From: Candidatus Bathyarchaeia archaeon
GTDB taxonomy: Bacteria > Patescibacteriota > Microgenomatia > PFEM01 > JAFGMK01
Direction: 5' to 3'
Length of the DNA: 64,000 nt
Assembly (NCBI GenBank): GCA_035529595.1
Contig: DATKWK010000035.1
Coordinates: 241,067-305,066 of the forward strand
A program made the translations under genes and the position numbers. The notes below the pieces were generated by a model. That model made no database searches. It was not told the DNA's origin and was given only the letters and a program-made list of their open reading frames with translations. This document shows positions 56,378 to 64,000 of the stretch, in pieces (position 1 is the stretch's first letter; each line of letters begins with the position of its first letter).

Positions 56378-57187
56378 TTACCGGCGGCTAAACATCCGCC
56401 GTCTCATTCTCATCTGATCCAAACCATTAGCTGTTTCTTCTCGAATCGTATCGCCGGTTAATTTCAAAAAAGCATTCTCCAAGGAAGAAGCACCGGTTTG
56501 TTTTTTTAATTCATCGAGCGTTCCCTGGGCGATGATTTTACCGTGGTCAATTATGGCAATACACTGAGCCATTTGCTCTGCTTCTTCCATATAATGAGTC
56601 GTAAAAAAAATGGTCACTTTTTCCTTTTTGTTCAAATCCAAAAGATAATCCCACATTTGTTTTCTGGTCTGCGGGTCAAGGCCCAAAGTCGGCTCATCCA
56701 AGAAAAAAATCTTCGGGTGGTGAAGCAGTCCACGGGCAATCTCAAGCCTTCTTTTCATTCCTCCGGAAAAAGTCTTAACCAAGTCATCTTTACGTTTCCA
56801 AAGGTCAACCAGGAGCAATAACTCCTGGATTCTTTTTCTCCTTAAAAGCACAGGAACTTGATATAACATACCATGAAATTCCATATTTTCATAAGCCGTC
56901 AACTCATCATCGAGGCTCGGGTCCTGAAAGACAATCCCAAATGACTGTCTTACTTGATCCTGGTCGACTGACGGATCAAAGCCGTTAACCAGGATCCGGC
57001 CGCTGGTTGGCCTCAAAAGGGTGGTCAACATCCTAATCGTCGTCGATTTTCCGGCGCCGTTAGGACCAAGAAAAGCGAATCTTTCTCCCCGAGTAACTTT
57101 AAAGCTGACATGATCGACGGCGGTTAGATTCTTGAATTGCTTGGTTAGATTTTTTACCTGGATAATCTCTTTCTTCTGCTTATTCAT
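56378..57187 (-). CDS. ABC-2 exporter ATPase (DrrA-like)
   Basis: GPNGAGKST, FSGGMKRRLEIA, LDEPT.GLDP, TTHYMEEA. Confidence 0.92.
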   Translation of the reverse strand: MNKQKKEIIQVKNLTKQFKNLTAVDHVSFKVTRGERFAFLGPNGAGKSTTIRMLTTLLRPTSGRILVNGFDPSVDQDQVRQSFGIVFQDPSLDDELTAYENMEFHGMLYQVPVLLRRKRIQELLLLVDLWKRKDDLVKTFSGGMKRRLEIARGLLHHPKIFFLDEPTLGLDPQTRKQMWDYLLDLNKKEKVTIFFTTHYMEEAEQMAQCIAIIDHGKIIAQGTLDELKKQTGASSLENAFLKLTGDTIREETANGLDQMRMRRRMFSRR

Positions 57188-57248
57188 TTCTTCCTGTCGA
57201 ACCTCTCTCCAATAACCCTGTTATTTTAACAGTTAGTGTCTTTAATTT

Positions 57249-57278
57249 AAAAGGGCCAATCTTAAGATTGGTCCTTTT
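57249..57278. promoter_or_regulatory. 30-bp near-perfect palindrome between divergent genes
   Basis: AAAAGGGCCAATCTTAAGATTGGTCCTTTT, one mismatched pair. Confidence 0.55.
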
Positions 57279-57308
57279 GTGTTAATATAAACAAGTAAGA
57301 TAGGTTCG

Positions 57309-58385
57309 GTGGTTTCATTTTTGACAAGAATTTTAAGAAATCTTCCCGGTTTCAAATCAGGCCGCTGGTCAAAGGCACTAATTGCCGTACCTGTTTATTT
57401 CTTTTTACTGATTGTCACTCTCGCCCTAACGATTCCTTCAGTGCCTACTTTAGTTTTAGATCAAATTAAACCTACAAATAAAGATACTGTCTTAATAAAC
57501 GGAAAAACTTCTTCGGGAAAACCCGTTTATCTTCTCGAAAAAAATGAAATTGTCCAATCGGTCAAAGCTGACTTGAAAGGCGAATTTTTTTTCAAAGTCA
57601 ACGATCTTCAAGATGGGAACTTCGCTTATACGATTGAAGCATGCAATAATCAAAAAAGAAAACACTGCCAAAGAAAAAACCTACTGGTGACGATTGATCA
57701 AACGCCGCCGGTACAACCGGTAATTACTCTTCCAAAAGAACTACCTGAAAAGAGCGATGGCAAAATCTTAATCTCCGGCAATACGGAACCGAAGGCAAAA
57801 ATAATTGCCCAGGTGAAAGACAAGAAAAGTTTAGAGATCCGCACTAACGAAAGCGGCGGTTTTGAAATTGAAATCGGCCTGGTGCCGGGAAACAACCAGA
57901 TAGAGATTAGGACAGCCGATGAAGCGGGCAATGAAAGCAGGCCTATCATATCCGAGATAAACTTCAATCCAAGAAGATTAAAGGCTAAAGCCATCAGAGT
58001 GATTGACGGCGACACCATTGAGCTTGAAACCGGCCAGCGTGTCAGATATATCGGCATTGACACACCGGAAACGGTTCATCCCAGTAAACCGGTGCAATGC
58101 TACGGCCAGGAAGCGTCCGCTAAAAACAAGGAATTAGTTGAAGGTAAAGAAATTTATCTGGAAAAAGACGTCTCGGAGACTGATAAATTCGGCCGGCTAC
58201 TGCGTTATATTTGGCTTGGCGACTTATTAATCAACGAATATTTAGTCAGGGAAGGCTACGCCTTTTCAACTACTTACTCGCCGGATGTCAAATATCAGCA
58301 TCTTTTTTTGGAAGCCGAAAGAAAAGCCAGACAAGAAGAGAAAGGTCTTTGGGGTAGCGCTTGTAAAAATTGGATCCCGGGTTAA
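57309..58385 (+). CDS. Membrane-anchored thermonuclease (SNase) with Ig-like domains
   Basis: VIDGDT, VRYIGIDTPE, DKFGRLL; IDQTPP and DEAGN Ig-like motifs. Confidence 0.9.
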   Translation: MVSFLTRILRNLPGFKSGRWSKALIAVPVYFFLLIVTLALTIPSVPTLVLDQIKPTNKDTVLINGKTSSGKPVYLLEKNEIVQSVKADLKGEFFFKVNDLQDGNFAYTIEACNNQKRKHCQRKNLLVTIDQTPPVQPVITLPKELPEKSDGKILISGNTEPKAKIIAQVKDKKSLEIRTNESGGFEIEIGLVPGNNQIEIRTADEAGNESRPIISEINFNPRRLKAKAIRVIDGDTIELETGQRVRYIGIDTPETVHPSKPVQCYGQEASAKNKELVEGKEIYLEKDVSETDKFGRLLRYIWLGDLLINEYLVREGYAFSTTYSPDVKYQHLFLEAERKARQEEKGLWGSACKNWIPG

Positions 58386-59620
58386 ATCGCGGAAGAGCCG
58401 GCTAACCAACCGGTACTAAAAGCCTTTTGCAGATTATACCCTCCGGTTGGCCCGTCTAAATCAATAATCTCCCCGGCAAAAAACAGATTTCTTACTAACT
58501 TTGATCCCATTGTTCGGGAGTCGATCTGGCCGATATCCACTCCTCCGGCGGTAACTATGGCATTTTTCAGAGGCGCCACGCCATCGATCTGAAAAGAAAA
58601 GTCTTTCAAGAAATCTATCAGATAAAAAACTTCTTCTTTGGTTAAAAAGCTGTTCTGTTTATGCCCGTTAATCTTGGTTTTTTTCAAAGACAGAGGAATC
58701 AATAATTTCGGCAAAAGCCCCTTTAATAAAGCCCTGGCTTCTTTCTTAGGTATTTGGTGGATATCCCGGTAAATCCTATTTTTTAGCATTTCCCTATCTA
58801 AGGCCGGTTTGAGGTCGATGACTGCCTCAACTCTTTGCTTTTTTCGCAGTCGGTCATAAACTTCTTTGCTTGTTTCCAAAACGATGGGGCCGGAGATACC
58901 CTGATGGGTAAAAAGCATTTCCCCAAAAAAACTGACTACCTCCTTACCTCCAGCCCGGATAGACAGCTTGACGTTTTTTAAAGACAACCCGGCGAGTAAG
59001 CGAACCTCCGGATCTTTTACAAATAAAGGGGCTAAAGCCGGTTTCAAAGGATTAATTTTATGGCCGAGAGCGGCAGCCAAACGATAGCCGTCACCGGTTG
59101 AGCCGGTCTCCGGATAGGATTTACCACCGGTAGCAATAATTAACTTATCAGTAACGATCGTTCTGCCGGACTGGGAAAAAATCTTAAAGCAATTATCCTG
59201 ATAAAAAATTTTAGTCACCCGAAAATTATGAACAACCGGTATCCCCTCTTTCTCAATTTCTTTTATTAAACAATCCAAAATGGTAGAAGCCTGATCGCTT
59301 TCGGGAAAAACCCTTTTTCCTCTTTCTATCTTAGTGATGATCCCCCTGTCGTTAAAAAAACTAATTAGATCCTGATTAGAAAAACCGGTAAGAGCCCGGT
59401 AAAGAAATTTACCTTTTTTCCCGAAGGCGTCCACGGTCTCATCAATTTCTCCGGCCGTGGTGAAGTTACATCGCCCCTTGCCGGTCAAAAGCAGTTTTTT
59501 CCCCAAGCTCCGGTTTCTTTCCAAGATACAAATTCTTTTTTTTTCTTTGGCGGCGGCAATCGCCGCCATCATCCCCGCCGGACCGCCGCCAATAATTACC
59601 AGATCATAATCTAAATTCAT
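58382..59620 (-). CDS. HI0933/BaiN (YhiN-like) flavoprotein
   Basis: GGGPAGMMAA, G.GRCN.T, ATGG.SYP.TGSTGDG, GE.LFTH.G.SGP, GGYNLQ.A. Confidence 0.93.
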   Translation of the reverse strand: MNLDYDLVIIGGGPAGMMAAIAAAKEKKRICILERNRSLGKKLLLTGKGRCNFTTAGEIDETVDAFGKKGKFLYRALTGFSNQDLISFFNDRGIITKIERGKRVFPESDQASTILDCLIKEIEKEGIPVVHNFRVTKIFYQDNCFKIFSQSGRTIVTDKLIIATGGKSYPETGSTGDGYRLAAALGHKINPLKPALAPLFVKDPEVRLLAGLSLKNVKLSIRAGGKEVVSFFGEMLFTHQGISGPIVLETSKEVYDRLRKKQRVEAVIDLKPALDREMLKNRIYRDIHQIPKKEARALLKGLLPKLLIPLSLKKTKINGHKQNSFLTKEEVFYLIDFLKDFSFQIDGVAPLKNAIVTAGGVDIGQIDSRTMGSKLVRNLFFAGEIIDLDGPTGGYNLQKAFSTGWLAGSSAI

Positions 59621-59754
59621 CAGTGCAAATCAAAAAATATCCCCAAAATATTATAACAAAGATTCTGAAGTTAAAATGGGATTTGCAGCAAAAAAAAGAT
59701 TCTGATATAATTTGATATGTTCAGTGATAGATAATATTTAGCTGTTGTTTAACT

Positions 59755-60426
59755 ATGATATCGCCCGAGTCAGAAAGACCGTATCTTTTTCCCGAAGCAG
59801 AACTCAACCAAGCAGTTGAGGCAACCTTAGTTCATCTTTATTTACCTTCAGCCACGAATGAAACCGGCTTAAGTCTCCGCAGCTACCTGGCTACCTGCGC
59901 TGCCCGGTGTCTTTATAATCATGGTTATACCCAAGCTTTGTTTCTCTGTGTCGGTGACGTTTGGGGGCCTAACTACCCTGACATCAGTTCCTGTGCGCAA
60001 AGATTATTACTTAATTGGGGATTACCACCCGAATCCATCTTTGCCACCAGCGGCGCCCGTTCAACAATCGATGAAGTTGACTTTTTTCAAACAGCAGCCG
60101 CGGATAGACATTGGCGGTCTTTGGCCAGCCTAGCTTTTGAAACCCACTTCATGACTATCCCTTCCTTATACTCGCCCGTTAAAACTTTTAGCGTTGAACA
60201 GGTGCTTTTCTCTTTAGGAACACCTGAAGAGTATAGGTTAATGTCTAATTTACTTTATTCGGCACACGAGGAATTTTATTTAGCTTATGAAACCGTTAAG
60301 TGGATGTTAAATCATCTGCCACTGGGAAAGCAGTTCCAAAGATTATTATCTTCGCAACGAAGAAGAAGACCACCACCAGGACCCAGCCTCTGGCGATCAT
60401 CGGATAGAGATTTCGAATTGCCTTAA
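59755..60426 (+). CDS. Hypothetical protein, possibly DUF218/YdcF-like
   Basis: GLP...I.....ARST.DE, H and E..K pattern. Confidence 0.45.
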   Translation: MISPESERPYLFPEAELNQAVEATLVHLYLPSATNETGLSLRSYLATCAARCLYNHGYTQALFLCVGDVWGPNYPDISSCAQRLLLNWGLPPESIFATSGARSTIDEVDFFQTAAADRHWRSLASLAFETHFMTIPSLYSPVKTFSVEQVLFSLGTPEEYRLMSNLLYSAHEEFYLAYETVKWMLNHLPLGKQFQRLLSSQRRRRPPPGPSLWRSSDRDFELP

Positions 60427-60445
60427 AAGTTCAGAAGGATATGCA

Positions 60446-61144
60446 TTAATCTTCGGCTATCGACACAGAATTGACTACGGTTGGTTCAATCGGTGTCGAA
60501 TTTTCTCCTGAAGAACCAAGTTTGGTCGGAGACTGGGCAATTTGATCAACTACCTCGATTCCCTCAATTACTTGACCGAAGATAACGTAATTTTTCGGTA
60601 ACGGATAGTTCTGATGCATAATAAAAAACTGGCTACCATTGGTATTGGGCCCGGCATTGGCCATGGCGACTATGCCTCTGGCGTATTCGCCTTCAAAGGG
60701 CTCATCGTCAAATTGATAACCGGGGCCACCGGTACCGTCACCCTGAGGATCACCGCCTTGAATCATAAAACCGCTGATTACCCGATGGAAAATCGTCCCA
60801 TCATAAAACTTTTTTCGGGCAAGGGAGACAAAATTATTGGCAGTAATCGGAGTCTTATCGGCAAAGAGACTTATTTTAATTAGCCCCTTTGAAGTATTTA
60901 GAACTGCAGTATATTTTTTATTTTGGTTTATTTCCATCTCCGGCAATTGTAGCGTTTTTACCGGCTCCATATCAAGATTCGTTTTTTCCTCTGCTTCTTG
61001 ACCAGTAGGACTACTTTTATCTTCTATCTGCACGGCAATTTCCGGCTTCTTCTGGCCAGGGTTTAAACGGTTAAGAAAAACTAAGGCGGCGGCGACAATC
61101 AGAATCGGCACCACCAGTAGAATTATCAGATTCTTTATGTTCAT
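60446..61144 (-). CDS. Membrane-anchored cyclophilin-type PPIase
   Basis: FHRVI.GFMIQGGDP.G.GTGGPG, AMANAGPNTNGSQFFI. Confidence 0.95.
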   Translation of the reverse strand: MNIKNLIILLVVPILIVAAALVFLNRLNPGQKKPEIAVQIEDKSSPTGQEAEEKTNLDMEPVKTLQLPEMEINQNKKYTAVLNTSKGLIKISLFADKTPITANNFVSLARKKFYDGTIFHRVISGFMIQGGDPQGDGTGGPGYQFDDEPFEGEYARGIVAMANAGPNTNGSQFFIMHQNYPLPKNYVIFGQVIEGIEVVDQIAQSPTKLGSSGENSTPIEPTVVNSVSIAED

Positions 61145-61433
61145 AAACTAATGGCTGAAATTTGATAAGCTAAATTAATTTGACTGATTATAGCAAAACA
61201 ACAAGACTGAAATGAAGGACCAGAGTAACTCCAGACGTTATTGGTAACAGTTCGGATTTTCCTTCCAGGATTAAAATTAATAATGGTTAAGGTCTTCTTC
61301 TTATGCTACTTTTTTTATTACTATCCCAAAAACTCTTTTTTGAAATAGTCTTTCCTATTTGTACGAGTTAATAACCGCTATTTTAGCATCATCACCAGTC
61401 ATTTTAAAATGTTACCGGACAGTGTGCCTCCGT

Positions 61434-62081
61434 CTATGTTTTTTCAAATAAAATAAATAATCCAAATACGAACATCAGCAAAGCAATAATTATTTTGGGA
61501 GTTAAGGAAATTACGAATTTTAATAGTGATCCTTTTTTTTCCATTAATAGCCGATCCAAATCCTCCAGCACACTCAAAGTTTCAATGTATCCAAACAGCA
61601 AAATTATAAAAACGGCAAGCTTGTCATTGTTGATATTTACGAAATTTCCGATTTGACTGGTCATTAACGAAAGGTTAATCAACCAGGAAATAATCATAAT
61701 TAACAAGGCATAAATAAAATAAGTAAGAATTACAGAGTAAACTCGTAACTCGAAGTTAAATCTTGTCTTATAATCCCGATCCGAATAATTAGGCTTGAAT
61801 TTACCTCCGGGGGTGACACTTCTTTCGATTGCTTCAAGAACTGTCATCCGATTGCGATTGTAAAAACCGGGTTTGCATAATTTAGATAATACTTTTTCAA
61901 TCAAGTTTTCTAAAAAATAAATCGCCAAAAAATTGAGTACGAAACAAAAGTAATTAATCCACGGATTCACGGAAGGAAAATCGATAATAAAAATCCCGTA
62001 GGCGATATTTAAGATCAAAGCTGTTAATATCTTATGAGGAGTAGAGGAAATTCTGATTAATTCAGGGCTTTTGATATCCAT
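61434..62081 (-). CDS. Hypothetical membrane protein
   Basis: About 5 TM segments. Confidence 0.55.
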   Translation of the reverse strand: MDIKSPELIRISSTPHKILTALILNIAYGIFIIDFPSVNPWINYFCFVLNFLAIYFLENLIEKVLSKLCKPGFYNRNRMTVLEAIERSVTPGGKFKPNYSDRDYKTRFNFELRVYSVILTYFIYALLIMIISWLINLSLMTSQIGNFVNINNDKLAVFIILLFGYIETLSVLEDLDRLLMEKKGSLLKFVISLTPKIIIALLMFVFGLFILFEKT

Positions 62082-62142
62082 TATTCTTTGAAAGCAGTTT
62101 AACAAAAAAAATAAGGCGAAGCAAAAAAAATTTGACCAAATC

Positions 62143-62421
62143 TTAAATTCTACGAAATAATTTTCTTAACTCTATTTTTACCTGACCAAGAACTTTTTTA
62201 CGCTCGGAGGATAAATTTTTACCAGCCCGGTTGATATAAAAATTGAGCATGCTCATGGCCGATTGAAAAGCAGTCGTCTTTCTCCTGGTACTTTCATCGG
62301 CTGAACGTTTTAATGAAGCGGCAATTCTTTTCGGATCCTTCCAACTAAAAACTCCGGCTTCAAGATCCAAGGCAATGCTTTTTTCCGTGACTTCCTTTGA
62401 CCAGTTTTTCCTAGTTGTCAT
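62143..62421 (-). CDS. DUF3175 family protein
   Basis: WS..VT..S.ALDLE.GVF...DP..IA.SLKRSA...SAMSML.FYINRAG.NL. Confidence 0.85.
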   Translation of the reverse strand: MTTRKNWSKEVTEKSIALDLEAGVFSWKDPKRIAASLKRSADESTRRKTTAFQSAMSMLNFYINRAGKNLSSERKKVLGQVKIELRKLFRRI

Positions 62422-62424
62422 TAA

Positions 62425-62709
62425 TTAGTCACATTTCCACCAGCGAGGACAACAAATAGGCTTTTTTAACATTGAACCGGAAACACGCTCATTTTTAAAG
62501 CAGCATAAACCGGAGGTATCGAACCAATGGCAATATCTTTTACTTTTACACAACTGGGAATTTTTCAGATTGTAGCAACGTTCGGAAGAAGGCAAAGCTT
62601 CAGGATTAACAGTTTCTTGGAAATAGTTAAGGTATACAAAATAACCAATTAAACCTAAAGAAATTATGATTATCACAATCGCTATCTTTTTTTTTATATC
62701 AAGTATCAT
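62425..62709 (-). CDS. Small membrane-anchored Cys-rich protein
   Basis: TM followed by 8 Cys in about 50 aa. Confidence 0.6.
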   Translation of the reverse strand: MILDIKKKIAIVIIIISLGLIGYFVYLNYFQETVNPEALPSSERCYNLKNSQLCKSKRYCHWFDTSGLCCFKNERVSGSMLKKPICCPRWWKCD

Positions 62710-62882
62710 GAATTCCTTAACCAAAACAATACCGAGAATAACTTCCTATTGTCAAGGAGACAATCCAGGGACAAAAAAATAATCTGATAACCGTTTCAAG
62801 AAAAGCATAATAAAAAGTTCTAATCCTTTCCGTGAAAACGTTGAAATTTATTTCTAATATGATATACTATAAGACTATTAAT

Positions 62883-63743
62883 ATGGTAAAAAGAAAAAAA
62901 AGAGCCACTACCCAAAAAAAGGATAATTATATTTTAGTTCTTATTGACCACGACGGGACACTTTGTAATACCAGTCCGTCTGCCTACGAAAGTCTGAAAT
63001 TCGCCGCTCAAATGGCCTGCGAGTCCGTTCAAATCAATATCAATGATTTACAGGTTGATTGGAATACTATATTCCATCAAACACGGGGAAGTACCGAAAG
63101 AAACTTCATTAGGCTTTTTTGTTTCCGCCACAGCGTTCCTCTTAATCAAATGGGTAATTTTGAGGAACGTTTCTATTTAGCCCGGGCAGTCTGGTTTAAA
63201 AACATGAAGTCGTTTAAAGAAAATCCTTATGATACTTATTTTCCTGATGCCGAAAATCTGATCAATATCTGCAGTCACCACCCAAATACAACTGTCTGGC
63301 TAATCACCGGAAATCCTATTCAGGTAATAAATGAACGATTAGCCAAACATCTGCGGAATTACTTTACCGATAAAAAGAATAACCTGCTTGGATCTTTTGG
63401 GAATGAGGCCTTGACCCGTGAAGAACTAATCCAAATAGCAATCCAACGAGCGATGAAATTACTGAAAGGATTTGTTCCCCTAAAAGATAGTTTAGGATTT
63501 ACTACTAATGTCGTCTATATCGGTGATGCCAGAAAAGACTTTTTTTCCGGGCTCAATTCCCGGGTTAAGACTGTTTGGATCCCTTCACGATCTCTCCAGG
63601 AAGTGAAAGATGTCCTAGCAGAAGATTACATAATTTTCTTAAAGCAATTTTTAAAACACCGGATTCAAATTGTTAACCGGATTGATTCGGAAGAAGTATT
63701 GGAGATGATCCTTTCCAAAAAAAATAAACCGGCCGGTTCCTAA
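62883..63743 (+). CDS. HAD superfamily hydrolase
   Basis: IDHDGTL, LITGN, YIGD...D. Confidence 0.8.
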   Translation: MVKRKKRATTQKKDNYILVLIDHDGTLCNTSPSAYESLKFAAQMACESVQININDLQVDWNTIFHQTRGSTERNFIRLFCFRHSVPLNQMGNFEERFYLARAVWFKNMKSFKENPYDTYFPDAENLINICSHHPNTTVWLITGNPIQVINERLAKHLRNYFTDKKNNLLGSFGNEALTREELIQIAIQRAMKLLKGFVPLKDSLGFTTNVVYIGDARKDFFSGLNSRVKTVWIPSRSLQEVKDVLAEDYIIFLKQFLKHRIQIVNRIDSEEVLEMILSKKNKPAGS

Positions 63744-64000
63744 TCATATCCAATCACCCTCGGTTCCGCTCATTAGCTTTCGATATTGGCAATACTCACA
63801 ACTCGGATTAGCAGCCGGGATTTTATCATCCTCAAGACACTTTTTTATTGCCAAGATTACCGGTTCAACCCAAGAATCATCTCCCTGATGGGATAAGATC
63901 ATCAGTTCAAATTCCAGCCGGCCGTCAAATTTAGGCCGGTTGCGACCGGCATTGGCATAAACAAAGTAGCCGGTGTCATTGACTTGAAAGCCCATCCGTC
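63744..64000 (-). CDS. C-terminal part of a PD-(D/E)XK/Cas4-like nuclease; gene starts beyond window
   Basis: GYFVYAN...F...L.F and P.....CEYCQY tail. Confidence 0.6.
   Translation of the reverse strand, partial: RMGFQVNDTGYFVYANAGRNRPKFDGRLEFELMILSHQGDDSWVEPVILAIKKCLEDDKIPAANPSCEYCQYRKLMSGTEGDWI

Noticed and set aside
274-60883. Numerous short ORFs in the track antisense to or nested in well-supported genes
   Set aside because: Shadow ORFs with no motifs or independent expression signals.
61145-61433. Possible gene remnant between cyclophilin and membrane protein
   Set aside because: Short broken frames with no recognisable homology.

Overview
The window looks like chromosome from a small-genome CPR/Patescibacteria bacterium, probably Microgenomates-like. 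This is an inference from gene content, compact spacing and scarce Shine-Dalgarno motifs. The standard code 11 is in use. Housekeeping genes lie on the minus strand (ftsE/ftsX, prfB, prs, secA, serS, lysS, greA, obgE, tRNA-Glu). They are interleaved with envelope genes (GT-C glycosyltransferase, polysaccharide deacetylase, subtilase, sortase-like protein, lamin-tail protein) and two accessory regions at about 18.7-30 kb and 41-47.8 kb. I found no integrase, transposase, CRISPR array or rRNA gene. Main observations: (1) four degenerate relics of, or related to, the secA 3' end at the gene boundaries downstream of secA, plus nested direct repeats next to tRNA-Glu, suggesting stepwise cassette-like gene accretion; (2) a probably inactive nucleoside-deoxyribosyltransferase-like domain fused to a ribbon-helix-helix domain, divergent from a MazG-like pyrophosphatase, with a candidate operator over both promoters; (3) a circularly permuted M23 peptidase encoded with ftsEX; (4) a sortase-fold protein with no cysteine; (5) an Erm-like methyltransferase next to a HEPN-like gene; (6) many apparently leaderless promoters. 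All family assignments come from motif recognition by eye, not database searches.
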